A DNA stretch of 64,000 nt from the human T2T-CHM13v2.0 reference genome, Homo sapiens, in the NCBI RefSeq assembly GCF_009914755.1, contig NC_060946.1; one strand, given 5' to 3'. Below, piece by piece: positions 27,709 through 42,700 of this stretch. The notes under the pieces were generated by a model. That model did no database searches. It was not told the origin of the DNA and saw only the letters and a program-made list of their open reading frames with translations. Within the stretch, counting starts at the first letter, position 1, and every line of letters starts with the position of its first letter. Both the position numbers and the translations under genes were made by a program.

Positions 27709-30700
27709 TTATCACTGCACTGATCACCCAGGCGATACAACTCTTGTCTAGGCTCTGCCTACAATGGTCTTGTGACATATCTCTGCACTGATCACCCAGG
27801 TGATATAACTCTTCTCTAGGATCTGACCACGGGGTGCTTTGTGACACATCCCTGAAATGATCACCCGGGTGATATACCACTTGCCAAGGCTCTGCTTACA
27901 GGGGCATTGCAATGTATCTCTGCACTGATCACCTAGGTCTTGTAGCTATTTTCTAGGATCTGCCTACAGGGTGCTTTGTGACGGGTCCCAGCAAGGATTA
28001 CCCAGGTGTTGTACCTCTCATCAAGGCTCTGCCTACAGGCACATTGCGATATATCTCTGCACTGATCACCTAGGTCATGTAACTTTTGTCTAGGCTCTAC
28101 CTACGATGGTATTGTGACATATCTCTGCACTAATCATCCAAGTGATGTAACACTTGTCTAGGATGTGCCTAAATTAACTTTTTGACATAACCCTGTACTG
28201 ATCATCCAGGTGATGGGGCTTTTGTCTAGGCTCTGCCTAAGGGGGCATTGTGACATATTTCTGCATTGATCACCCAGGTGGCGAACTCTTCTCTTGGATC
28301 TGCCTATGGGGGCATTGTGACAAATCTCTGCACTGATCACCCAGGTGATGTAACTGTTGTGTAACCTCTGCCTACAGGGGAATTGTGAGAGATCTCGCCA
28401 CTGATTACCCAAGTGATATAACCATTGTCTAGGCTTTGCGTACAGGGGGCTTTGTGACATACCTTTGCACTGATCACCCAGGTGATGTAACACATCTAAG
28501 TTCGGCCTAAAGGAGCTTTGTGACACATCTCTGCACTGATCACTTAGGTGATGTAACACTTTTATAATCACTGCCTAAAGGGAATTTTGACAAATCTCTG
28601 CACTGATCACCTAGGTGATGTAACTCTTGTCTACCCTCTGTCCAACGGGGCATTGTGAAATATCTCAGCACTGAACACCCAGGTGATTCAACTCTTGACT
28701 AGGAACTGCCTACAGAGGTTATTGTGAAATATCTCTGCACTGATAAACTAGGTGGTGTAACCGTTGTCCAAGCTCTGCCTACAGGGGCGTTTCCACATAT
28801 CCCTGAACTGATGACAAAGGTGATGTAACTCTTGCCTAGGCTTTGCCTACAGGGGCATTGGACATATATCTGCACTGATCACCCAGGTGATGCAACTCTT
28901 GCCTAGGCTTTGCCTACAGGGGACACTGTGACATATCTCTTCAATGATCACTCATGTGATGCATCTCTTGCCTAGGCTTTGCCAACAGGGGACATTGTGA
29001 CATATCTCTGCACTGATCTCCCTGGTACTGTAACTTTAGTCTAGGCTCTGGCTACACGGCATTGTGACATATCACTGCACTGATCAACCAGGTGATATAA
29101 CTCTTGTATAGGCTCTGCCTACAGGGGGCTTGTGACCTACCTCTGCACTGATCACCCAGGTGATATAACTCTTCTCTAGGATCTGCCTACAGGGTGCTTT
29201 GTGACATATCCCTGCACTGATCACCCAGGTGACCTAACTCTGGTCTAAGCTCTGCCTAAAGGGGCATTGTGACAGATCTCTGCACTGATCACTCAGGTGA
29301 TGTAACTATTGTCTAGGCTCTGCTTAAAGGGGCCTTGTCACATATCCCTGCACTGATCACCCAGGTGATGTAACTCTTGTCTAGGCTCTGCTTCCTGGGC
29401 ATATTGTGACATAACTATGCACTGATCACCTTAGTGATGTAACACTTGTGTAGGCTCGGCCTACAGAGGAATCTTGACATATCTCTGCACTGTTAAACGA
29501 GGTGATTTAACTCTTGTCTAGGCTGTGCCCACAGGGGGATTGAGACATATCTCTGCACTGATCCCGAGGTGATCCAACTCTTGCCTGGTCTCTGCCTACT
29601 GGGGACATTGTGACATATCTCTGCACTGATCTCCCAGGTGCTGTAAATTTTGTCTAGGCTCTGGCTACACGGCATTGTGACTTATCACTGCACTGATCAC
29701 CCAGGCGATACAACTCTTGTCTAGGCTCTGCCTACAATGGTCTTGTGACATATCTCTGCACTGATCACCCAGGTGATATAACTCTTCTCTAGGATCTGAC
29801 CACGGGGTGCTTTGTGACATATCCCTGCAATGATCACCCAGGTGATATACCACTTGCCAAGGCTCTGCTTACAGGGGCATTGCAATGTATCTCTGCACTG
29901 ATCACCTAGGTCTTGTAGCTATTTTCTAGGATCTGCCTACAGGGTGCTTTGTGACGGGTCCCAGCAAGGATTACCCAGGTGATGTACCTCTCATCAAGGC
30001 TCTGCCTACAGGCACATTGCGATATATCTCTGCACTGATCACCTAGGTCACGTAACTTTTGTCTAGGCTCTACCTACGATGGTATTGTGACATATCTCTG
30101 CACTAATCATCCAAGTGATGTAACACTTGTCTAGGATGTGCCTAAATTAACTTTTTGACATAACCCTGTACTGATCATCCAGGTGATGGGGCTTTTGTCT
30201 AGGCTCTGCCTAAGGGGGCATTGTGACATATTTCTGCATTGATCACCCAGGTGGCGAACTCTTCTCTCGGATCTGCCTATGGGGGCATTGTGAGAAATCT
30301 CTGCACTGATCACCCAGGTGATGTAACTGTTGTGTAACCTCTGCCTACAGGGGAATTGTGAGAGACCTCCCCACTGATTACCCAAGTGATGTAACCATTG
30401 TCTAGGCTTTGCGTACAGGGGGCTTTGTGACATACCTTTGCACTGATCAACCAGGTGATGTAACACATCTAAGTTCGGCCTAAAGGAGCTTTGTGACACA
30501 TCTCTGCACTGATCACTTAGGTGATGTAACACTTTTATAATCACTGCCTACAGGGAATTTTGACAAATCTCTGCACTGACCACCTAGGTGATGTAACTCT
30601 TGTCTACCCTCTGTCCAACGGGGCATTGTGAAATATCTCAGGACTGAACACCCAGGTGATTCAACTCTTGACTAGGAACTGCCTACAGAGGTTATTGTGA

Positions 30701-33700
30701 AATATCTCTGCACTGATAAACTAGGTGGTGTAACCCTTCTCCAAGCTCTGCCTACAGGGGCGTTTCCACATATCCCTGAACTGATGACAAAGGTGATGTA
30801 ACTCTTGCCTAGGCTTTGCCTACAGGGGCATTGGACATATATCTGCACTGATCACCCAGGTGATGCAACTCTTGCCTAGGCTTTGCCTACAGGGGACACT
30901 GTGACATATCTCTTCAATGATCACTCATGTGATGCATCTCTTGCCTAGGCTTTGCCAACAGGAGACATTGTGACATATCTCTGCACTGATCTCCCTGGTA
31001 CTGTAACTTTAGTCTAGGCTCTGGCTACACGGCATTGTGACATATCACTGCACTGATCAACCAGGTGATATAACTCTTGTATAGGCTCTGCCTACAGGGG
31101 GCTTGTGACCTACCTCTGCACTGATCACCCAGGTGATATAACTCTTCTCTAGGATCTGCCTACAGGGTGCTTTGTGACATATCCCTGCACTGATCACCCA
31201 GGTGACCTAACTCTGGTCTAAGCTCTGCCTAAAGGGGCATTGTGACAGATCTCTGCACTGATCACTCAGGTGATGTAACTATTGTCTAGGCTCTGCTTAA
31301 AGGGGCCTTGTCACATATCCCTGCACTGATCACCCAGGTGATGTAACTCTTGTCTAGGCTCTGCTTCCTGGGCATATTGTGACATAACTATGCACTGATC
31401 ACCTTAGTGATGTAACACTTGTGTAGGCTCGGCCTACAGAGGAATCTTGACATATCTCTGCACTGTTAAATGAGGTGATTTAACTCTTGTCTAGGCTGTG
31501 CCCACAGGGGGATTGAGACATATCTCTGCACTGATCCCGAGGTGATCCAACTCTTGCCTGGTCTCTGCCTACTGGGGACATTGTGACATATCTCTGCACT
31601 GATCTCCCAGGTGCTGTAAATTTTGTCTAGGCTCTGGCTACACGGCATTGTGACTTATCACTGCACTGATCACCCAGGCGATACAACTCTTGTCTAGGCT
31701 CTGCCTACAATGGTCTTGTGACATATCTCTGCACTGATCACCCAGGTGATATAACTCTTCTCTAGGATCTGACCACGGGGTGCTTTGTGACATATCCCTG
31801 CAATGATCACCCAGGTGATATACCACTTGCCAAGGCTCTGCTTACAGGGGCATTGCAATGTATCTCTGCACTGATCACCTAGGTCTTGTAGCTATTTTCT
31901 AGGATCTGCCTACAGGGTGCTTTGTGACGGGTCCCAGCAAGGATTACCCAGGTGATGTACCTCTCATCAAGGCTCTGCCTACAGGCACATTGCGATATAT
32001 CTCTGCAATGATCACCTAGGTCACGTAACTTTTGTCTAGTCTCTACCTACGATGGTATTGTGACATATCTCTGCACTAATCATCCAAGTGATGTAACACT
32101 TGTCTAGGATGTGCCTAAATTAACTTTTTGACATAACCCTGTACTGATCATCCAGGTGATGGGGCTTTTGTCTAGGCTCTGCCTAAGGGGGCATTGTGAC
32201 ATATTTCTGCATTGATCACCCAGGTGGCGAACTCTTCTCTCGGATCTGCCTATGGGGGCATTGTGAGAAATCTCTGCACTGATCACCCAGGTGATGTAAC
32301 TGTTGTGTAACCTCTGCCTACAGGGGAATTGTGAGAGACCTCCCCACTGATTACCCAAGTGATGTATCCATTGTCTAGGCTTTGCGTACAGGGGGCTTTG
32401 TGACATACCTTTGCACTGATCACCCAGGTGATGTAACACATCTAAGTTCGGCCTAAAGGAGCTTTGTGACACATCTCTGCACTGATCACTTAGGTGATGT
32501 AACACTTTTATAATCACAGCCTACAGGGAATTTTGACAAATCTCTGCACTGATCACCTAGGTGATGTAACTCTTGTCTACCCTCTGTCCAAGGGGGCATT
32601 GTGAAATATCTCAGGACTGAACACCCAGGTGATTCAACTCTTGACTAGGAACTGCCTACAGAGGTTATTGTGATATATCTCTGCACTGATAAACTAGGTG
32701 GTGTAAACCTTGTCCAAGCTCTGCCTACAGGGGCGTTTCCACATATCCCTGAACTGATGACAAAGTGATGTAACTCTTGCCTAGGCTTTGCCTACAGGGG
32801 CATTGGACATATATCTGCACTGATCACCCAGGTGATGCAACTCTTGCCTAGGCTTTGCCTACAGGGGACACTGTGACATATCTCTTCAATGATCACTCAT
32901 GTGATGCATCTCTTGCCTAGGCTTTGCCAACAGGGGACATTGTGACATATCTCTGCACTGATCTCCCTGGTACTGTAACTTTAGTCTAGGCTCTGGCTAC
33001 ACGGCATTGTGACATATCACTGCACTGATCAAGCAGGTGATATAACTCTTGAATAGGCTCTGCCTACAGGGGGCTTGTGACCTACCTCTGCACTGATCAC
33101 CCAGGTGATATAACTCTTCTCTAGGATCTGCCTACAGGGTGCTTTGTGACATATCCCTGCACTGATCACCCAGGTGACCTAACTCTGGTCTAAGCTCTGC
33201 CTCAAGGGGCATTGTGACAGATCTCTGCACTGATCACTCAGGTGATGTAACTATTTTCTAGGCTCTGCTTAAAGGGGCCTTGTCACATATCCCTGCACTG
33301 ATCACCCAGGTGATGTAACTCTTGTCTAGGCTCTGCTTCCAGGGCATATTGTGACATAACTATGCACTGATCACCTTAGTGATTTAACACTTGTGTAGGC
33401 TCGGCCTACAGAGGAATCTTGACATATCTCTGCACTGTTAAACGAGGTGATTTAACTCTTGTCTAGGCTGTGCCCACAGGGGGATTGAGACATATCTCTG
33501 CACTGATCCCGAGGTGATCCACCTCTTGCCTGGTCTCTGCCTACTGGGGACATTGTGACATATCTCTGCACTGATCTCCCAGGTGCTGTAAATTTTGTCT
33601 AGGCTCTGGCTACACGGCATTGTGACTTATCACTGCACTGATCACCCAGGCGATACAACTCTTGTCTAGGCTCTGCCTACAATGGTCTTGTGACATATCT

Positions 33701-36700
33701 CTGCACTGATCACCCAGGTGATATAACTCTTCTCTAGGATCTGACCACGGGGTGCTTTGTGACATATTCCTGCAATGATCACCCAGGTGATATACCACTT
33801 GCCAAGGCTCTGCTTACAGGGGCATTGCAATGTATCTCTGCACTGATCACCTAGGTCTTGTAGCTATTTTCTAGGATCTGCCTACAGGGTGCTTTGTGAC
33901 GGGTCCCAGCAAGGATTACCCAGGTGATGTACCTCTCATCAAGGCTCTGCCTACAGGCACATTGCGATATATCTCTGCACTGATCACCTAGGTCACGTAA
34001 CTTTTGTCTAGGCTCTACCTACGATGGTATTGTGACATATCTCTTCACTAATCATCCAAGTGATGTAACACTTGTCTATGATGTGCCTAAATTAACTTTT
34101 TGACATAACCCTGTACTGATCATCCAGGTGATGGGGCTTTTGTCTAGGCTCTGCCTAAGGGGGCATTGTGACATATTTCTGCATTGATCACCCAGGTGGC
34201 GAACTCTTCTCTCGGATCTGCCTATGGGGGCATTGTGAGAAATCTCTGCACTGATCACCCAGGTGATGTAACTGTTGTGTAACCTCTGCCTACAGGGGAA
34301 TTGTGAGAGACCTCCCCACTGATTACCCAAGTGATGTATCCATTGTCTAGGCTTTGCGTACAGGGGGCTTTGTGACATACCTTTGCACTGATCACCCAGG
34401 TGATGTAACACATCTAAGTTCGGCCTAAAGGAGCTTTGTGACACATCTCTGCACTGATCACTTAGGTGATGTAACACTTTTATAATCACAGCCTACAGGG
34501 AATTTTGACTAATCTCTGCACTGATCACCTAGGTGATGTAACTCTTGTCTACCCTCTGTCCAAGGGGGCATTGTGAAATATCTCAGGACTGAACACCCAG
34601 GTGATTCAACTCTTGACTAGGAACTGCCTACAGAGGTTATTGTGATATATCTCTGCACTGATAAACTAGGTGGTGTAAACCTTGTCCAAGCTCTGCCTAC
34701 AGGGGCGTTTCCACATATCCCTGAACTGATGACAAAGTGATGTAACTCTTGCCTAGGCTTTGCCTACAGGGGCATTGGACATATATCTGCACTGATCACC
34801 CAGGTGATGCAACTCTTGCCTAGGCTTTGCCTACAGGGGACACTGTGACATATCTCTTCAATGATCACTCATGTGATGCATCTCTTGCCTAGGCTTTGCC
34901 AACAGGGGACATTGTGACATATCTCTGCACTGATCTCCCTGGTACTGTAACTTTAGTCTAGGCTCTGGCTACACGGCATTGTGACATATCACTGCACTGA
35001 TCAAGCAGGTGATATAACTCTTGAATAGGCTCTGCCTACAGGGGGCTTGTGACCTACCTCTGCACTGATCACCCAGGTGATATAACTCTTCTCTAGGATC
35101 TGCCTACAGGGTGCTTTGTGACATATCCCTGCACTGATCACCCAGGTGACCTAACTCTGGTCTAAGCTCTGCCTCAAGGGGCATTGTGACAGATCTCTGC
35201 ACTGATCACTCAGGTGATGTAACTATTTTCTAGGCTCTGCTTAAAGGGGCCTTGTCACATATCCCTGCACTGATCACCCAGGTGATGTAACTCTTGTCTA
35301 GGCTCTGCTTCCAGGGCATATTGTGACATAACTATGCACTGATCACCTTAGTGATTTAACACTTGTGTAGGCTCGGCCTACAGAGGAATCTTGACATATC
35401 TCTGCACTGTTAAACGAGGTGATTTAACTCTTGTCTAGGCTGTGCCCACAGGGGGATTGAGACATATCTCTGCACTGATCCCGAGGTGATCCACCTCTTG
35501 CCTGGTCTCTGCCTACTGGGGACATTGTGACATATCTCTGCACTGATCTCCCAGGTGCTGTAAATTTTGTCTAGGCTCTGGCTACACGGCATTGTGACTT
35601 ATCACTGCACTGATCACCCAGGCGATACAACTCTTGTCTAGGCTCTGCCTACAATGGTCTTGTGACATATCTCTGCACTGATCACCCAGGTGATATAACT
35701 CTTCTCTAGGATCTGACCACGGGGTGCTTTGTGACATATTCCTGCAATGATCACCCAGGTGATATACCACTTGCCAAGGCTCTGCTTACAGGGGCATTGC
35801 AATGTATCTCTGCACTGATCACCTAGGTCTTGTAGCTATTTTCTAGGATCTGCCTACAGGGTGCTTTGTGACGGGTCCCAGCAAGGATTACCCAGGTGAT
35901 GTACCTCTCATCAAGGCTCTGCCTACAGGCACATTGCGATATATCTCTGCACTGATCACCTAGGTCACGTAACTTTTGTCTAGGCTCTACCTACGATGGT
36001 ATTGTGACATATCTCTTCACTAATCATCCAAGTGATGTAACACTTGTCTATGATGTGCCTAAATTAACTTTTTGACATAACCCTGTACTGATCATCCAGG
36101 TGATGGGGCTTTTGTCTAGGCTCTGCCTAAGGGGGCATTGTGACATATTTCTGCATTGATCACCCAGGTGGCGAACTCTTCTCTCGGATCTGCCTATGGG
36201 GGCATTGTGAGAAATCTCTGCACTGATCACCCAGGTGATGTAACTGTTGTGTAACCTCTGCCTACAGGGGAATTGTGAGAGATCTCGCCACTGATTACCC
36301 AAGTGATGTAACCATTGTCTAGGCTTTGCGTACAGGGGGCTTTGTGACATACCTTTGCACTGATCACCCAGGTGATGTAACACATCTAAGTTCGGCCTAA
36401 AGGAGCTTTGTGACACATCTCTGCACTGATCACTTAGGTGATGTAACACTTTTATAATCACTGCCTACAGGGAATTTTGACAAATCTCTGCACTGATCAC
36501 CTAGGTGATGTAACTCTTGTCTACCCTCTGTCCAACGGGGCATTGTGAAATATCTCAGCACTGAACACCCAGGTGATTCAACTCTTGACTAGGAACTGCC
36601 TACAGAGGTTATTGTGAAATATCTCTGCACTGATAAACTAGGTGGTGTAACCCTTCTCCAAGCTCTGCCTACAGGGGCGTTTCCACATATCCCTGAACTG

Positions 36701-39700
36701 ATGACAAAGGTGATGTAACTCTTGCCTAGGCTTTGCCTACAGGGGCATTGGACATATATCTGCACTGATCACCCAGGTGATGCAACTCTTGCCTAGGCTT
36801 TGCCTACAGGGGACACTGTGACATATCTCTTCAATGATCACTCATGTGATGCATCTCTTGCCTAGGCTTTGCCAACAGGAGACATTGTGACATATCTCTG
36901 CACTGATCTCCCTGGTACTGTAACTTTAGTCTAGGCTCTGGCTACACGGCATTGTGACATATCACTGCACTGATCAACCAGGTGATATAACTCTTGTATA
37001 GGCTCTGCCTACAGGGGGCTTGTGACCTACCTCTGCACTGATCACCCAGGTGATATAACTCTTCTCTAGGATCTGCCTACAGGGTGCTTTGTGACATATC
37101 CCTGCACTGATCACCCAGGTGACCTAACTCTGGTCTAAGCTCTGCCTAAAGGGGCATTGTGACAGATCTCTGCACTGATCACTCAGGTGATGTAACTATT
37201 GTCTAGGCTCTGCTTAAAGGGGCCTTGTCACATATCCCTGCACTGATCACCCAGGTGATGTAACTCTTGTCTAGGCTCTGCTTCCAGGGCATATTGTGAC
37301 ATATCTATGCACTGATCACCTTAGTGATGTAACACTTGTGTAGGCTCGGCCTACAGAGGATTCTTGACATATCTCTGCACTGTTAAACGAGGTGATTTAA
37401 CTCTTGTCTAGGCTGTGCCCACAGGGGGATTGAGACATATCTCTGCACTGATCCCGAGGTGATCCAACTCTTGCCTGGTCTCTGCCTAGTGGGGACATTG
37501 TGACATATCTCTGCACTGATCTCCCAGGTGCTGTAAATTTTGTCTAGGCTCTGGCTACACGGCATTGTGACTTATCACTGCACTGATCACCCAGGCGATA
37601 CAACTCTTGTCTAGGCTCTGCCTACAATGGTCTTGTGACATATCTCTGCACTGATCACCCAGGTGATATAACTCTTCTCTAGGATCTGACCACGGGGTGC
37701 TTTGTGACATATCCCTGCAATGATCACCCAGGTGATATACCACTTGCCAAGGCTCTGCTTACAGGGGCATTGCAATGTATCTCTGCACTGATCACCTAGG
37801 TCTTGTAGCTATTTTCTAGGATCTGCCTACAGGGTGCTTTGTGACGTGTCCCAGCAAGGATTACCCAGGTGATGTACCTCTCATCAAGGCTCTGCCTACA
37901 GGCACATTGCGATATATCTCTGCACTGATCACCTAGGTCACGTAACTTTTGTCTAGGCTCTACCTACGATGGTATTGTGACATATCTCTGCACTAATCAT
38001 CCAAGTGATGTAACACTTGTCTAGGATGTGCCTAAATTAACTTTTTGACATAACCCTGTACTGATCATCCAGGTGATGGGGCTTTTGTCTAGGCTCTGCC
38101 TAAGGGGGCATTGTGACATATTTCTGCATTGATCACCCAGGTGGCGAACTCTTCTCTCGGATCTGCCTATGGGGGCATTGTGAGAAATCTCTGCACTGAT
38201 CACCCAGGTGATGTAACTGTTGTGTAACCTCTGCCTACAGGGGAATTGTGAGAGATCTCCCCACTGATTACCCAAGTGATGTAACCATTGTCTAGGCTTT
38301 GCGTACAGGGGGCTTTGTGACATACCTTTGCACTGATCAACCAGGTGATGTAACACATCTAAGTTCGGCCTAAAGGAGCTTTGTGACACATCTCTGCACT
38401 GATCACTTAGGTGATGTAACACTTTTATAATCACTGCCTACAGGGAATTTTGACAAATCTCTGCACTGATCACCTAGGTGATGTAACTCTTGTCTACCCT
38501 CTGTCCAACGGGGCATTGTGAAATATCTCAGGACTGAACACCCAGGTGATTCAACTCTTGACTAGGAACTGCCTACAGAGGTTATTGTGAAATATCTCTG
38601 CACTGATAAACTAGGTGGTGTAACCCTTGTCCAAGCTCTGCCTACAGGGGCGTTTCCACATATCCCTGAACTGATGACAAAGGTGATGTAACTCTTGCCT
38701 AGGCTTTGCCTACAGGGGCATTGGACATATATCTGCACTGATCACCCAGGTGATGCAACTCTTGCCTAGGCTTTGCCTACAGGGGACACTGTGACATATC
38801 TCTTCAATGATCACTCATGTGATGCATCTCTTGCCTAGGCTTTGCCAACAGGGGACATTGTGACATATCTCTGCACTGATCTCCCTGGTACCGTAACTTT
38901 AGTCTAGGCTCTGGCTACACGGCATTGTGACATATCACTGCACTGATCAACCAGGTGATATAACTCTTGTATAGGCTCTGCCTACAGGGGGCTTGTGACC
39001 TACCTCTGCACTGATCACCCAGGTGATATAACTCTTCTCTAGGATCTGCCTACAGGGTGCTTTGTGACATATCCCTGCACTGATCACCCAGGTGACCTAA
39101 CTCTGGTCTAAGCTCTGCCTAAAGGGGCATTGTGACAGATCTCTGCACTGATCACTCAGGTGATGTAACTATTGTCTAGGCTCTGCTTAAAGGGGCCTTG
39201 TCACATATCCCTGCACTGATCACCCAGGTGATGTAACTCTTGTCTAGGCTCTGCTTCCTGGGCATATTGTGACATAACTATGCACTGATCACCTTAGTGA
39301 TGTAACACTTGTGTAGGCTCGGCCTACAGAGGAATCTTGACATATCTCTGCACTGTTAAACGAGGTGATTTAACTCTTGTCTAGGCTGTGCCCACAGGGG
39401 GATTGAGACATATCTCTGCACTGATCCCGAGGTGATCCAACTCTTGCCTGGTCTCTGCCTACTGGGGACATTGTGACATATCTCTGCACTGATCTCCCAG
39501 GTGCTGTAAATTTTGTCTAGGCTCTGGCTACACGGCATTGTGACTTATCACTGCACTGATCACCCAGGCGATACAACTCTTGTCTAGGCTCTGCCTACAA
39601 TGGTCTTGTGACATATCTCTGCACTGATCACCCAGGTGATATAACTCTTCTCTAGGATCTGACCACGGGGTGCTTTGTGACATATCCCTGCAATGATCAC

Positions 39701-42700
39701 CCAGGTGATATACCACTTGCCAAGGCTCTGCTTACAGGGGCATTGCAATGTATCTCTGCACTGATCACCTAGGTCTTGTAGCTATTTTCTAGGATCTGCC
39801 TACAGGGTGCTTTGTGACGGGTCCCAGCAAGGATTACCCAGGTGATGTACCTCTCATCAAGGCTCTGCCTACAGGCACATTGCGATATATCTCTGCACTG
39901 ATCACCTAGGTCACGTAACTTTTGTCTAGGCTCTACCTACGATGGTATTGTGACATATCTCTGCACTAATCATCCAAGTGATGTAACACTTGTCTAGGAT
40001 GTGCCTAAATTAACTTTTTGACATAACCCTGTACTGATCATCCAGGTGATGGGGCTTTTGTCTAGGCTCTGCCTAAGGGGGCATTGTGACATATTTCTGC
40101 ATTGATCACCCAGGTGGCGAACTCTTCTCTCGGATCTGCCTATGGGGGCATTGTGAGAAATCTCTGCACTGATCACCCAGGTGATGTAACTGTTGTGTAA
40201 CCTCTGCCTACAGGGGAATTGTGAGAGATCTCCCCACTGATTACCCAAGTGATGTAACCATTGTCTAGGCTTTGCGTACAGGGGTCTTTGTGACATACCT
40301 TTGCACTGATCACCCAGGTGATGTAACACATCTAAGTTCGGCCTAAAGGAGCTTTGTGACACATCTCTGCACTGATCACTTAGGTGATGTAACACTTTTA
40401 TAATCACTGCCTACAGGGAATTTTGACAAATCTCTGCACTGATCACCTAGGTGATGTAACTCTTGTCTACCCTCTGTCCAACGGGGCATTGTGAAATATC
40501 TCAGGACTGAACACCCAGGTGATTCAACTCTTCACTAGGAACTGCTTACAGAGGTTATTGTGAAATATATCTGCACTGATAAACTAGGTGGTGTAACCCT
40601 TGTCCAAGCTCTGCCTACAGGGGCTTTTCCACATATCCCTGAACTGATGACAAAGGTGATGTAACTCTTGCCTAGGCTTTGCCTACAGGGGCATTGGACA
40701 TATATCTGCACTGATCACCCAGGTGATGCAACTCTTGCCTAGGCTTTGCCTACAGGGGACACTGTGACATATCTCTTCAATGATCACTCATGTGATGCAT
40801 CTCTTGCCTAGGCTTTGCCAACAGGGGACATTGTGACATATCTCTGCACTGATCTCCCTGGTACTGTAACTTTAGTCTAGGCTCTGGCTACACTGCATTG
40901 TGACATATCACTGCACTGATCAACCAGGTGATATAACTCTTGTATAGGCTCTGCCTACAGGGGGCTTGTGACCTACCTCTGCACTGATCACCCAGGTGAT
41001 ATAACTCTTCTCTAGGATCTGCCTACAGGGTGCTTTGTGACATATCCCTGCACTGATCACCCAGGTGACCTAACTCTGGTCTAAGCTCTGCCTAAAGGGG
41101 CATTGTGACAGATCTCTGCACTGATCACTCAGGTGATGTAACTATTGTCTAGGCTCTGCTTAAAGGGGCCTTGTCACATATCCCTGCACTGATCACCCAG
41201 GTGATGTAACTCTTGTCTAGGCTCTGCTTCCTGGGCATATTGTGACATAACTATGCACTGATCACCTTAGTGATGTAACACTTGTGTAGGCTCGGCCTAC
41301 AGAGGAATCTTGACATATCTCTGCACTGTTAAACGAGGTGATTTAACTCTTGTCTAGGCTGTGCCCACAGGGGGATTGAGACATATCTCTGCACTGATCC
41401 CGAGGTGATCCAACTCTTGCCTGGTCTCTGCCTACTGGGGACATTGTGACATATCTCTGCACTGATCTCCCAGGTGCTGTAAATTTTGTCTAGGCTCTGG
41501 CTACACGGCATTGTGACTTATCACTGCACTGATCACCCAGGCGATACAACTCTTGTCTAGGCTCTGCCTACAATGGTCTTGTGACATATCTCTGCACTGA
41601 TCACCCAGGTGATATAACTCTTCTCTAGGATCTGACCACGGGGTGCTTTGTGACATATCCCTGCAATGATCACCCAGGTGATATACCACTTGCCAAGGCT
41701 CTGCTTACAGGGGCATTGCAATGTATCTCTGCACTGATCACCTAGGTCTTGTAGCTATTTTCTAGGATCTGCCTACAGGGTGCTTTGTGACGGGTCCCAG
41801 CAAGGATTACCCAGGTGATGTACCTCTCATCAAGGCTCTGCCTACAGGCACATTGCGATATATCTCTGCACTGATCACCTAGGTCACGTAACTTTTGTCT
41901 AGGCTCTACCTACGATGGTATTGTGACATATCTCTGCACTAATCATCCAAGTGATGTAACACTTGTCTAGGATGTGCCTAAATTAACTTTTTGACATAAC
42001 CCTGTACTGATCATCCAGGTGATGGGGCTTTTGTCTAGGCTCTGCCTAAGGGGGCATTGTGACATATTTCTGCATTGATCACCCAGGTGGCGAACTCTTC
42101 TCTCGGATCTGCCTATGGGGGCATTGTGAGAAATCTCTGCACTGATCACCCAGGTGATGTAACTGTTGTGTAACCTCTGCCTACAGGGGAATTGTGAGAG
42201 ATCTCCCCACTGATTACCCAAGTGATGTAACCATTGTCTAGGCTTTGCGTACAGGGGTCTTTGTGACATACCTTTGCACTGATCACCCAGGTGATGTAAC
42301 ACATCTAAGTTCGGCCTAAAGGAGCTTTGTGACACATCTCTGCCCTGATCACTTAGGTGATGTAACACTTTTATAATCACTGCCTACAGGGAATTTTGAC
42401 AAATCTCTGCACTGATCACCTAGGTGATGTAACTCTTGTCTACCCTCTGTCCAACGGGGCATTGTGAAATATCTCAGGACTGAACACCCAGGTGATTCAA
42501 CTCTTGACTAGGAACTGCCTACAGAGGTTATTCTGAAATATCTCTGCACTGATAAACTAGGTGGTGTAACCCTTGTCCAAGCTCTGCCTACAGGGGCGTT
42601 TCCACATATCCCTGAACTGATGACAAAGGTGATGTAACTCTTGCCTAGGCTTTGCCTACAGGGGCATTGGACATATATCTGCACTGATCACCCAGGTGAT

